Shown here: in pieces, positions 26,170-40,539 of the stretch
Position numbering within the stretch: position 1 is the first letter of the stretch
Layout of the letters: every line of letters begins with the position of its first letter
Source of the DNA: Trichoplax sp. H2
Taxonomy: Eukaryota
Length of the DNA: 64,000 bases
NCBI GenBank assembly: GCA_003344405.1
Contig: NOWV01000134.1
Coordinates: 1 to 64,000 of the forward strand
Reading direction: 5' to 3'
Notes under the pieces: model-generated
The model's database searches: none
The model's input: the letters and a program-made list of their open reading frames with translations, nothing else
What the model was told of the DNA's origin: nothing
Translations under genes and position numbers: made by a program

Positions 26170-29125
26170 AATTTGAGCAGCTCATCTGGTTATCTTGCAT
26201 TACATATGGATGTGATATTTTTAGATACCCCAAATGGTGTGATATCTTCAGCATCTTATATTTCAATCTTTTTCGAAAACTTGTAATTTAATCAGTGATT
26301 GCTGTCCCATTTCTTGTATACGGTGCTCTTCAGCAATGAGATCCTTTCGCAAGCACTTTGTTACTACATCAAAGTGCACTGATTGCCCTCCATTTATATG
26401 CTTAGCGAAAAAGGGTCAGGATTTTAATTTATGAATTATCGATGGTTTGAAGAGTGATCGGTGTGACTTCTTCTGTGTAACCCCCATATCATTATTTTCT
26501 TAATATATCAGGTATAATTATTACCAATAGTTATATTACCTATATACTGTTGAAAATATGTTATTTTCTTGACAGTTTTATCGCTCTTGCTGTTTAGCTA
26601 GTTAAAATCATTGATCTTTGTTTGCGAACTATTTATAGCTTCTTTTTGTTCGTAAGCTTGGGCTTATAGTGACACTATTTAAGTAGGAAATATAAATAAT
26701 GTAACGATGGTTTAAGTAGATTATTTGAGAGAACAAATATGTATGATGTATATGTGATTATGTCTTAATATTTTCTTTAGGCATACTCGTAGCACTACTA
26801 TACAGAATAATTATCAATCTATGATTATGAAATTATCGATACTTATTGCATTGTAGAGATTCCTTTCTGCAGTTTTCGTAATGTTTCGGTACAACATATT
26901 GTAATAATAAATTTTACTTTACACGATGTTAAAATATAAAACGATGCATTCGATCCGGCTAAATGAAAATGCACATGGCTACCATTGAATGAAATACTTA
27001 CTTTATATACGGCTCAAGTAGCTAACATCGTTTAAGTGAAGCAACCAAGTACATCAGGATATTGGACTAGAGAGGTGAAATATTACGGTCTCAATGATGT
27101 TTTTCATAGACTTTTTATTACCCACAATTTAAGGCAGCAACTGAAGGAGTATGATTACAATAGGCTTAGATTCAAGATGATATTACGATGGAACAAAGTG
27201 GCACAACATTAAGACTTTATACGGTAGTACTTTCATGCACTATAGCCTTATAAATGCAGCTAATTGAACGTTGATCATATGCGTTTGCACAAAATGAAGG
27301 ATAGTTCTTTCCATTTTATTTGTAGCGGATCTGTCATAGAAATTTCTTTAAGTAACTATCTCAAATGATAGCTGAAATGAAGGTTAACATGTAGCTGAAA
27401 TTACTTTTAGCGTTCTAAACAGTTACTTCTGGTCATTCCTTCTCAATGAAAGTTTAATGTGATCATTCATTACACTTTTCTAGTTCAGTACAGTAGTATT
27501 TTCTTATTTTTATGATTATTAAATTATAGTAAAAATTTCTGGTCCACTACAGCCTCATGACAGCTAACGAAAATCAGATCAGCATCATGATCGTTACAGT
27601 TATTACTGTAACTTAATGAGATGCTCTTAAACAAAAAAATCTACAGCCCAATCGTAAGATTAAGAGAGAATATCTTATCACCTTAGAATGATTACAGATT
27701 CTGCATCATCGATATAGATATCGGCTTACAAACTAATATCGTCATTTACGATAAGTTCAGGCCTATTTTTTTTCCAGCAAGCAGCACATTTATCAATTAC
27801 TCTCCTTCACAGTGAGAATATTTACGTTTAATAAATAAAATGGTTTTGACGGTCAATAATCATTTTATAGCAATTTTATATGATCCAATTTGTAGCATTA
27901 TATTGCTTTGCAACTAATATCCTCATCCAGTCATTGTCCATTACTGCCAACTGCTATCGAACATAAAGTCGGAAAATTCTGCTTTTAGCACCTTTTACAG
28001 CCATATAAATCAACATTGAAGAATAAATTGAAGGCAATGGATAAGATTAATTTCCGATATTATAACTTTTGATAGAACTTCTTAGAACTGAATATAGAAA
28101 GTTCTTGAGTTTGTTTTATCACACTTTCTACCTGTAGCTTTTAAGATATTTAGTCAAATCAAGTTATGAAATCGATTAAAAAGTATGGGTAAAATGTTAA
28201 TAGCCTGATAAATTGAAAAAACGAACTACGAGTACTGTAGCTGTTTGCTTTGAAAAAGTTGAGTCAGTATAATTCAAAGTCTATTACTGATGCTAATTTA
28301 TTTATCTTCAAGAAGCATCACAAAGCTAGTAATATTATATTGATAAATTAATTAGACCTTTAGCAGGATCTACAGCAGATTATAGCCTGTTGTAGATCAT
28401 ACTAAATCCACCACGAAGTGTTTGAATATTTCAATTTTATCTCCCAGCATTATTGGAATAACAACGATAAAGAGCAAATCAGATCTTACTTATTAGGTAA
28501 AAGGCTATACAATATTAACCACAGGATTAATTATCCTGTTACAAAGGAATAATATCAATAAAAGCTCTTCATTAATCTGGAATGATTATTATTAATAAAT
28601 CTATTATGTTGCTAAAGTTTAATTTTCTACAATTAGTTAGTTCTTTGTGCACGGTTGGATATCCTCGCAGCCAATAGAGAGTATAGCCAAAGAATGTTGG
28701 GAGTAACCGAGAAAAAAGAAAATACTAATTATCATCCAGACTTGTATTTCTCGTCTAATTAGCTAATAATACAGCTTTCTTCTATTGAACGTGTGACTGC
28801 AAGATATTCTAGTAATGAAAAGCTTGAGCATATAATAAATTCTATACTTTATGAATTGTGGTAACCTGTGTAAATTAGTGCAACATCGATCGTCGATAAA
28901 GTTTTGGGCGTTGAGAGTCTTACACCGCCTATCATAACCCTTCAAATATCGATTTGAAGAATTACGAAAGAGCAAAGATTTTTATGTACACAGCAAGGAT
29001 AGCCCCTTATAGCTGTTTGCTTTTTACTCTAGCGTGTTACCATCTATGAACTTTTATTTTAGCTTGATTTAACTGTGACAATTAACTCAAGTTAGTGTTC
29101 ACACTTGATAAACCTTTAAGTCAAA

Positions 29126-32100
29126 ATGGAAATAACAAGTAAATATGACTGCAAGTTACCTGATGGGATCAGTTTGATCGATTATGTCTTTGAATATTTC
29201 GATAAGTATGCTGATAGAGAAGCTGTGGTAAGCTATGAGTTTTTTAATTCTTATTTATGAATTAGATATGATATTAACAGTTGCTAAAATATGGAGAATT
29301 GTACAATACAATCGAATACATCGAGTGAAATTTTACCCATAATTTATGAACATGTGATAATTTAACAAACGACAACAACCCCGAAATACGGTTACGTATA
29401 ATAGCTGTTTAATATGCAATGGGAGGTAGCGTCTTAAAGCAGGAATTACTTGGAACTACACTATAGCAAAACATCATCTATTTCAATATCGTGATTTCCT
29501 TCTAACCTTTAAGTGCAAATATTCAAGACATATTTTAAACTATTACGTACTAGGAACTAGCTATGAATAAGATTAATAGACGGACTAATGATATAATGGC
29601 TAAATCTAGTACTAAAAATTTCAGAAGGTTTAGTATGGTTAGTACTTTGTTCGTAATATTAAATCAAACATATTAAAGTAAACTCTATGAAACGGTTGAT
29701 ATACCATCAATTATCGTATATTAATTCTGTGTCAGACTTTGGGTACATTTTAGCACCTATAAGCCTTAACCCAGTTATCTCGTCAGCTTGTAGTATTTTC
29801 CACGCGCAAAGGCCTACGTAAATTATCTATACTTGATTTAGAAGTAGCCTTTCAAAAGGTACTGAGATTAATCGAGTCCATAAATGGATTCATAATTAAA
29901 AATTGATTTCCATGATCGTGGTTTAACCTGTAAATCTATTCCTTGGTTTTAGCAATAAACCGATTTAAGATACGCATTCTCCATTTTATCATGCTATCGT
30001 CCCTGTCTGTAGTCTAGAATAATATTCTAAAAGCTCTAGTCTTTTTTGAACTTCTTATTTATTTATACTAGTAAAGTTCCCATTCAAACGAACGGGTATA
30101 TATTCTACACAAAGCAAGACGTTGAAAGAAAACTCACTGCCAGATTATTTCTTACTACTTATGAATATGTCCGATTAAAATAATATTAAAATTAACCTTT
30201 CTGTAATATCATGACATTGTATCATAAAATTAATTCAATCTGAAATCCATTGCAATGGTATCAAATCTTAGTAGATAGAATCTTTTAATAGTTATTGCTG
30301 AGTTACTGTACGGATACTATGAATTGATTTTGATGGATGCTACTGGGACAAACCAGAAGAAATTAGACCACTGAAGGAGTCACCAATTAATTACTATTGT
30401 AAAATAACTGATACTGATGTCTAAAATGAGGAATTTAAGCCACAAACCTACTGACTATTCGCTTGTGATACGAATTAAGATACTACTGACTAGCTCCTAT
30501 CTCCAGGAGGCTATATTACCATTGACTATTTAAAACGGAACATTAAAAAATAAAGGATCTGTCATAAAATTAGTAGTACCCTATCCTAAGAAGTAAAGAA
30601 GCTTACTGGTTAGATTCCTAAGAAAACTGTAGGTTAGAATATGGTGCTTAGAAAGGATCTTTGCCCCTCTGTGCCAGTAAGAAAGTGAAATTTATATGAG
30701 TCCACCACGAGTATATTTGGTTACTAGGGGGTTTTAAGTTGGAACTATAGTTTGTTTCCACTAAACTAGAGTAAATCCCGTTCTATAAACGGATATGTGT
30801 TATTTTTGCCGACAAAGACTTGCTGAAATCTTAATTTGTTAAAATTCGATTACGTTGTTATAGACATCGATCTCTCTGCCTTAGCTGATGTTCAGTCTCA
30901 CACGAAAGCATGTCTTAATTAATGAAATAGTTTAATAGTGATCTGGAAAGTATAAGTAGTTCTAAGAATTCGCAGCGCACAGTGTTTAGGTAGTAGTTCC
31001 TTCAACTTATGAAAGCCATAAGTTGGTAGCCAATGTAGTACAGTCTGTCGTTATCGATCGGTTAGGTTCTTATAATCTGCAAGAAGATCGTATAAAGGCA
31101 ATCGTATTCATTATTTATTACAGTCGATTGGGAAGTTGGTGCTTTAGCAAATGGGAATTTGTAATAGTGGATCGATAGGGTTATTGCTAAATATTATAAA
31201 ACCTTCCGAATGTGTACGCATCTTTCACATCTTAAAGTGCATTCTGACAGTAACGAAGCATCAATGGATTTGTCAGCTAAAAAATTCATTACCCAATGAC
31301 GTTTAGAGCACAAATTATATGATTTCCAAAATAAACTTTTGATTATACATCTCAGAGATACATCCATAATGGATTCTATATATCATACTCCATGTCGCCG
31401 AATTATGTATCATAGTGAATTGTCAAGATAACTATTTTATAGAGTAATATAAATAAATTAATATATAGTTGAGATGCTGTAAACGTGTAAATCCAGGAGT
31501 AAATTCTTATTCATTTTGTCCAACTAATCAATCGCAGGTCGATGCTGCCAGTGGCCGATGCTATACTTATGCACAAATTCGAGGATTAGCTCGTAAATTT
31601 GCTTCTGCTTTAACTCGCCGTGGTCTACAGAAGGGCGATACTGTTGCCGTCTACTCACCTAATATTCCTGAATATCCAATCGTCTTCTTTGGTATTATAA
31701 TAGCTGGTGGTACTATTACTACTTGCAATCCGTTATACACTCCTAAAGAGTTATCTCATCAATTGCATCTTGCTGAAGCAAAGCACATTTTTACTGTTAA
31801 TCTGTTTGCTGAAAAAGCCAAGGAGGCAGCATTTCTAAGGTTTTATAACGTCTTAATTTATAGTTGCTATTAATTTTAATCATTGATATAATATACGAGT
31901 ATGTCAATAATATCGTATTGTATACTTAAATGATGTTAATTTGTACATATTACAGCAAAATTTCTAACATTTACGTCCTTGGAAGTCCAACTGGTGACGG
32001 TATAACATCTTTTCAAGAATTACTAGCTGACGATGGTAGCTATCTGAAAGAAGTTAAGTTCGACGTTCGTGAAGATGTCGCTGTATTACCATTTTCGAGT

Positions 32101-34371
32101 GGTACGACAGGATTACCAAAAGGTAAAGGTGGAAAGACATTAAAATGGCGTAGTTTTAGCTCTTAATTTTTCAGATATGATGAATGGAAAAGTTCTATAT
32201 GACGACTACTTACCGTACAGCATCGTGAATAAGGGATAGGACTGAACTATCAATTCACGCGCAAAATCTACTAACTTCCTTCATTGCGTGCTGAGATATT
32301 ATACGCTTGGAGTATTATAGTAATTCTGTAAACCAGAATAATATCATGATCTTACATTGCAGCATACAGTTTATATGAATGTTTGTATCATCTTAATAGC
32401 TAGTTTATTTCATAATATTAGAAGAAAAAGTTCTAGTTATCAGATCTTAGGCAATGAGATTTACATCTACTCATACCCCTCATAGAGTCATGTTTGATAT
32501 TGGTAGTAAAGACGAGATAAAATTCTTTATCAACGATTATGCCATCTTGCTTATTAATGTGTGGCTAATTAGGGGTCAATTATATTTTTTAATTACTACC
32601 GCCATTTCCTTGAAAAATGGTAATGATAATGATATGAAATTTTCGAAAATATAGGTGTAATGCTAACCCATTACAATATTGTGAGCAATCTTAGTCAAGC
32701 AACAGTTAAAGGATTCTTTTACGTTAATGAAGACGATGTTATGCTAGCTTTACTACCATGGTTTCATATATATGGTATGGTAACTATTCTCTTTGCTGGA
32801 TTACGCTCTGGTACTAAAATAGTTTCCATGGCAAGATTCGAACCAAAAGTCTTTCTTGAGACTATTCAGAACTATAAGGTATTCATTTTACTGCTGCACT
32901 TCTATTATTAAATTGCAAGTACTTTAAACTAGAATATATCAGTTTATAGACTGCTGTATCTAAATTTGGCATTTTTTATGTATTCTTCAGATAACTGTGG
33001 CTCCTATAGTGCCCCCAATCGCTGTATTTCTGTCGAAACATCCACTAGTAAATAGTTTTGATATTTCTAGCTTAAAAGATGTTATAAGTGCTGCTGCACC
33101 TTTGGGTAAAGACACTCAATATGCTCTAACAGCACGATTAGGAGTAAATGTTCGCCAAGTTAAATTTAAAATGGATTAAATCTTTTGGCTAATGAAAAGA
33201 GTTTCCAAAGTATATATGCTATGATAACCAACATCGCTGATGTACAGTTTAATCGTATAATAATGAGTATGAGTATTATTGATACATTCTTTCCATGGAT
33301 AATTTGGATTGTAAGAATCACTGATTTAAACGAATGCTTACTTAAGGTTATGGCATGACTGAGCTAAGCCCGGTTGTTAGTATATCTATACTTGGAAATA
33401 GTATGGCTGGCTCAGCTGGAGTATTGGTTCCACATACCAAGGCTAAAGTAATTCCTAGGCAAACATTAAAACCTAAATAACTATTCTAGATGTACTACTC
33501 TCTTTACAAGGATTAAACATCCAGGCCAGTCTTAAACATAGTCTACACAGCAGTTTTGAGGCAAAGTACGGCTCCTACTAAATGTAGAGATAGTAATTTC
33601 TAGCTCTTACTGCTATGTTAGTATTAAATTAATTTAACTAAAAATGTTCTTTTATATGGAACATGTTTAACTTTATGATTCTATGTAGACAGTAGATATT
33701 GAGACTGGTAAGGCCTTACCTTGTGGAAAATCAGGAGAATTGTGCTTCAAGGGACCTCAGGTCATGAAAGGTTATTTGAAGAATAAAGCAGCGACAGATA
33801 GAACTATCGATACTGATGGATGGCTTCACACTGGAGATATTGGCTATTTTGATAAAGAAGGAGACTTTTTCATCGTAGATCGCCTAAAAGAGCTAATTAA
33901 ATATAAAGGATTTCAGGTTAGTTTTACAACAATATCATTTTGTAATAGGGGAAGTATTTTGGGCTGATGAATTTTTTCAACTGCACAAGCATCAGTGATT
34001 GAAATTGTCAGTGATCTTAGTGCAACTACATACATATCATATAAGCTTCTATTTTTGATTAGGTTCCGCCTGCTGAGTTAGAAGAGCTACTTTTGACTCA
34101 TCCTAAAATTGCTGATGTTGCAGTTATTGGTATTCCCGATATTGATGCTGGTGAATTACCAAAAGCTTTTGTGGTAAAGCGAGCAAATGATGTTACCGAG
34201 GAGGAAGTTATTGCTTTTGTAGCATCAGAAGTCAGTCCTCACAAAAAACTGCGCGGAGGGGTAGAATTTATCGAAAGTATTCCGAAATCAGCTAGTGGTA
34301 AAATTCTTCGAAGGCAGTTGAAAGCTCAAGAGATTGAAAAATACAAGAAGGTCAATTCAACTCGATTTTAA
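29126..34371 (+). CDS. 4CL/luciferase-like acyl-CoA synthetase, copy 3 (8 exons, about 533 aa); intron 5 donor reads TT
   Basis: Exons 29126-29227, 31538-31839, 31956-32122, 32655-32878, 32991-33159, 33347-33447, 33689-33916, 34063-34371. All ANL-family motifs are intact. The donor after exon 5 is CAAG|TTAAAT, whereas copy 5 has CAAG|GTAAAT. Confidence 0.85.
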
Positions 34372-35650
34372 GATCTTTCTTATAAGTCAGGAGTGGATTA
34401 TTAATTTGGGTTTCCACCTAAGATGGTCTGATGTCTTAACGTTTTGTACTAGATAAAGAAGATACATAATATTATATTTGTTTTGATGATATAGTTTGCC
34501 AATGATACAAAGATGGTGTATTGATAAAATAAGCTTTCCAGACAGTTGTGCGTGAAGACTGATAAAAGTAAACTAGTAATTTCTTGGATGTATTTCTTGC
34601 AATTAGATTTATTTTTTTCGTTTATTACGCATCATTTAATATTTGATAAAGGAATTGCTAATTTTGTTTAGCGAGGAACCGTAATTTCTATTTATCTCAG
34701 GCATAATTATTTTTTATGATCATTCACTACTTTCTTTCAATTCTTGAAGCCTAAAATTAAAACCTTCATTACATAAAATAGTGGAAGCTAATCCTTTGAA
34801 CAATATTTAACAATATTTGCTCAATTTGATTACATAGGAAGTTTTAAAATTTGATGCAGTTTATCACGTTGCCCTATGTAGAATCTGGGTGCTCTTCGAT
34901 ATCTTTAATTATAATATTTGCGAATTGCTCTTTGTAATAAAGCAATCACGAGGATTCGAGGCATTGGCAATTCGATTCTCAATAATGTTGCACTACAAGT
35001 ATAAAAGTAGCTTTTAAGTCAGATCAAATTTCTAGAGTAGATTTGGTCAGTTTATCTTAATATTTAATTGTACTTGATCACAATGGACGAACGTCATTAA
35101 ATTCTCTTGCTAATCTTAAACAATTATTATGAGTAATGGCTTCCATGTTGGCAATGTGTAATTTTCGCAATAAATTAATTCTATGTAAACGGTTAGATAT
35201 AGTAGCAAATTCATGATCAATTAAATCTGCAATAAGGCAATTGTTGGAAGTCATTAAGAAAATGAACATGTTATCCTAGAGGATTGTATTTTTTCTATCT
35301 AATAGATCATATCAATTTTCCGTCAAATTTAGACTAAGTGTTATGTTCTAACTGTTGAAAAATTGGGGTGTATAGTATAATCTTCACTCTAAGTAACAAC
35401 AACTAATATATGAAATGATACAGTATTAAACCCTGATTCAATTTGGGCGTTGAAAATTCTACGTTACCTGGATAAACTTCAAGATATCGATTTAAAGAGT
35501 CGTTAGAAGCAAAAATTTACGTACGCAACAAGAGTCATTTATAGCAGTTTCCAGCATTGCTATTCTTATCTTTTTTGAGCTTTTGTTTAATTAGCTTGAT
35601 TTTACTCGGACGACAAATTAATTCTAGTCTTCGCATAAAACTTAATGGAA

Positions 35651-37845
35651 ATGGAGATATACATAAATAAATATAACAGTAAGTTGCCTGAAAGGGTTAG
35701 TTTGTAGGAATAGTTTTTGAATGTTTTGATGAATATGGCAATGAAAGCCTATGGCAAGTGTTCGATATCTTGATAATTTCTGAACTAGTAAAGAATCATG
35801 AAGCCGATACTTCTTGGGTTACATATATGTTTTTTGGGGGGGGGGAGGCTTTTTATTAAATTATACTCGTATGCACTTTAATGGTGTAATTAAGCAATGT
35901 TAATAGTAATTGTCTGTACTAGATTATTGTTGATTAGAATATTCTGTAACTAACTAGCAATCGAGACTAGAATGCCTACAAATGATTAATTACCACCAGT
36001 AGCACGAAGAGAGGTTTTTTTGTAATTAAGCATGTGGAAGTCGAAGGAACGACGTTACGCCGAAAATAAGATATATACGAACTAAAGGTATTTTTAAGGT
36101 TATTAGATTAGCATACAGTAGTGCTGTGAATAATAGTTGGGTTAAGTGGGGACTATGCACCGGGAGTAGCAGAGTATAACATAGCAATCATCTAATATTA
36201 GCTTCAAGATAATATCTATTCAGAGTAACCTATCTATATCAAATATAGCTATACTTATAATCAAACATAGGTGCATCATTACAATCGCATGAAGTTCTTA
36301 TAGATCGGTGCAGTCAGCGATCGATGCTGTACTTATTTGCAAATTCAACCATTAGCTCGTAGATTTGCTTCCGTCTTAATTCGACAGGGTTTATAGAAAG
36401 GTGATATAGTTGCTATTTCTTCACCTAATGTTCCTGAATATCCTATCTCCATATTTGGTATTACAATAGCTGGTGATACTCTTACTACTGTAGTTGCAAT
36501 CTATTAAGCGTTTATACTTCTAAAGAACTATCTCATCAATTGCATCTTGCTGAATCTAAACACATTTCTACTATCCATCCATTTATTGACAAAGCTGAGG
36601 AAGCAGCATCTCTAAGGTTTATACAGCATCAATGTGGTATATAACTGATTTGAATTACAATCATTACGGTAGCAAAAAACACGTCCAATAGCTTCCTTAT
36701 TAAGTTTTGTGCCATGTCAATTACAATATATTAAAGCGATATTTCCAATATCCACGTCATTGGAAGCCCAACTGGTGACGGTATAATATCTTTTTCAAGA
36801 TATACAAGCCGATGGTGGTGGCTGTTTGAGAGACATAAAGTTCGATCTGCACGAAGATGTTGACATTTTGCTGTTTTCAAGCGGTACAACTAGAGTTTCA
36901 AAAGGTAAGTACATAAATGTGCTAAAATAGTTCCAGTACTTACCTGCTATGAATTACTAATAAAAATATTCCGCTTTAAATATTTGATACAAACACGGGA
37001 TTTATAAAGGCTCTCAATGCAGACGTGAATCTTTATACTTCCCTTAGTACCATATAAATACTTGATACTGGAGACCAATTTTATTGTTATAAACTAGAAC
37101 AGTATCATATGCATTAATTTTAGATATAGATGCCAATATCACACTGGCTAATTATTCTGCACTAACGGAAGGAAGATTTCTGATTGTTGGTTCTAGATAA
37201 TGAAATTTAAAAGCGCTCATCATCTTTCTATGTGCATATTTATGTCAGCAATGCGTGCGATAGCATTCTTATATCGTCTTTCATATTAGCATGAGGATAA
37301 TTTGATGCGTATAGTGTCATCTGGTTAATAAATTCTTTTGCAAACATTATGTTTAATTAGTGCTATAAAAATGTTATGCAATTGACGAATTAAAGTACAA
37401 TGTTAACGCAACAAAATATTATCAATAACGTTAGCTAAGCAACTGCTGAGCTAATTAAATATAAATATTTTCAGTCACTTTGCTATGATATATCACTTGA
37501 TAATACTAACAAAAAGATTTTTTGGGCTAACTAGTAAACTAGCTTATGCTGAGTTACAAGAATTGCTCTTAACCCATCCTAAAGTTGCCGATGTGGCGGT
37601 TATTGGAATTCATGGTTCTGAAGTTGGTGAATTGCCAAAAGCTTTCGTGATCAAATGAGTGAAAAATGTTGCTTGGGAGGAATTCATTGCCTTTGTTGCA
37701 ACAGAAGTCGACCCCAATAAAAGATTGCACGATGAGTAGAATTTATCAAAAGTATCCCTAAATCGGCTAGTGGTAAACTTCTATGACGGTAGCTAAAAGA
37801 TCAAGAGGTTAGAAATATTAAGAGGCCGAATCAAATTGAATCAAG
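35651..37845 (+). pseudogene. 4CL/luciferase-like pseudogene, copy 4
   Basis: Remnants of exon 1 (about 35651-35753, in-frame TAG), exon 2 (about 36304-36616, CAG>TAG and indels), exon 3 (about 36738-36904, LFSSGTTRVSK), the start of exon 4 fused to the end of exon 7 (about 37395-37473), and exon 8 (about 37540-37845, several stops). Confidence 0.92.
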
Positions 37846-38019
37846 GGTCTCCTATGTGTCAAAAACGTTCTATTAAATTGGGGTATCCACTCACAATCAT
37901 CTAGAGTCTTAATGCAGCACATCAGAACTTAGATGATACGCAATTCAAAAGTTTTTATCCATTTACTTTAATATGTAGTAACTATATAACTGGTATATTG
38001 ATAAATAATTATTTGGTTA

Positions 38020-38300
38020 CCATAAATTATGCTTATTTTAGGCGTAATATTTATTGTTAGTTATTTATTTTATCATTTAAATTTCAGAATCCGTAAATTA
38101 ATAGCATTAATTGTACTGGATACTGAAAGTTAATTATAATTTGATAAGTAATTGTTTAGTTACTATAATTTGTGCTTAGTTTTGGCGTAATATATTTTTT
38201 ATTAGTTATTCACTTCATCATTTAAATTTCTGAATCTGTAAATTAATAGCATTAATTGTAGTAAATTCTACAAACTAATCCTGTATATAAGTATTTGTTA
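38020..38300. repeat. Diverged tandem duplication, 2 x ~143 bp
   Basis: tgctta.ttt.ggcgtaatat...catttaaatttc.gaatc.gtaaattaatagcattaattgta occurs twice. Confidence 0.75.
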
Positions 38301-40539
38301 CGGTGTTGCCTTGTCATTAGGATAGTTTAATAAGTACAGTAGTAGCTAGTATGAAGAATATCCATATTTGTAGTGCTAGGTAAGATAAGTAATGCCTTAA
38401 TGTGGATGTTGTTTGTAATAGTTCATTACATATTTGATATTGATTGTTATTGTGTGATAGATAGCAGTAGGATGATTCAAGTTCTAGTTGATGATAGTTG
38501 AATTAGACAACCTACGAGCTTAGATTAAGATTAAGTATGAGTAAGAGATTCAAAATATTTACTGATAGAAAAGCTATGTAAGGAGCATCTTAGTTCGAGA
38601 TGATTCTCCTAGTAAGGTATAATAAATAATACTGTTGTTGTTTACAAATTAGACGATTCCTATATAAACGGGAACATTTGAGTTGAGAGGGTGGTAAAAA
38701 GTTGTAGATATATCTTTGCTAATAAAAGTTTCATCTTTACAGTCTTTTGATGTGTGTGTTTAACGTTAAGTAAAAGGGTGTTGCAGTCAATAGCTACTTA
38801 TAGACTTTTACTGTACGTTACCTTGTCGCAGAAGTGAAATTGTGACAGTATTATGCATCTGCCTATATAGTTCTGTGGGGTATACCATAAGTATATCACG
38901 AGCAGAACTTATGTTAACGGTTATTACAATAACTAGCCTAACAGTAGATTAGTTTTGCTTTGTTTTAAATTGACGATATATGAAAGATGCTTAGAAGTCT
39001 GAAATATCTTTAATAATAAACAATTATTTGCGTCATCGTTAGCTGTTACTTATCCATATATTAATAAATGGTAGACGATCAATTAATTAACTCACTGACT
39101 AATTGGTATCGACAAGTATAGTGTGTATGTGGTAAGATTTGTAGTACTACATAGGTGAACCAAGTTTGTTGACTTTGGCTAATTTATGGTTAATGATTTC
39201 GTTTAGATAACAAAACCGTAGCAACGGTAGAAAGCTCAGAAATACTATACGCGTACTTTACTGACCTAACTCACTAGGCTTCCGTTTGCTACCATCAATT
39301 TGGTATTATTTACTTTCTGCCATTCCATATGTCTTCAAAAAGGTATTTGCATTATAAGAAAGCTATTTCTAATTCCGTATCATTGATAATTGAACGGATA
39401 TTAGTACTTCTTTATTTCAGAAATTACGGAAGGGCGATAAAATAGCCATTATACAGAGATCAGTCTGTGGGAAAAGAACCGTTAACAGTTTAGCTCTAAG
39501 GGCAAGATATAACTCGAAATAGAACATGGTTGATGTTACGTTCATATTTTTGTCGGCATATGTTCAGAAAGTACGTCAACTAAAGAGGTGAAACTTTCAG
39601 TATATGGGAATAAAATGTTAGCGACTGGATAGAATAAGATAGAAGAAATGGCGACGATTCGTTCTCGGACAATATAACAGTGTAACTCTAAGATATGAAT
39701 TATGCATTATATAATTTATTTAATTTATTAAGTAGTTATTGATGCCGACATCGGTTATCGTTAGGGAAAATCTTAAAGACTAGTAATATCATATACGAAA
39801 TAAATCAAATTTGATCCTGGCAGCACCCACCTTGGACTGTTGCCTATTACGTATCATAACAAAGCGACTACGGAGATTGTTATATTTTGAATTGGTTCTC
39901 GACGCTTCCGCAGTTAGAAAGATAGTAAATAAATCAGATAGAATTTCTTGAATACATTTGGCTTTATTACATTAACAGCAGCCATTCATTATCAGAATCC
40001 AAGCGTAAAGAACTGACATCAATTAATTCTCTTATTAAACTTAAACGATTGTTATTGTCAATAAAGTAGCTATGCTTTAGGAAAATTTTTGACAATGAAT
40101 CCCTTCTTTGCGAACGGCTGAAAATTACTGAGATCAATAGAGGACGTAATAAAAAGAAAGAATGAAAGAAGTAACGTAGAAAAAGGAATACTATATTGTT
40201 ATTGGGACTTTTTATCTTTCTATCTGATAGTTAATACTGCTTTGCCATCGACTAAAGTATGAACGCTGGATTCAAAGGCTGAAAAGCTCTGGTTGCTTTC
40301 TTATATTTTTTAGTTTTAAGTAAGAATTATCACTGACCGGTATAAAGCAGAACGACAATAGCCCTTAGTACTTTAAAACATCAAACTGAAGCATTACGAA
40401 AGAGTAAAACTTGAACCACACCGTGAAAGCAAGACTGTTTAGTTACTGCTTACTGCGTTACCTTCTATGAACTAGATTTTGGATTGGTTGAACACTGACG
40501 ATAAGTTAAACAGAATCTTGGTATTTTAATTAAATCAAA

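Noticed and set aside
28367-28398. Isolated hairpin gatctacagcag...ctgttgtagatc (and a similar palindrome near 59270-59300)
   Set aside because: These are single short stems with no family signature or recurrence, compatible with chance.
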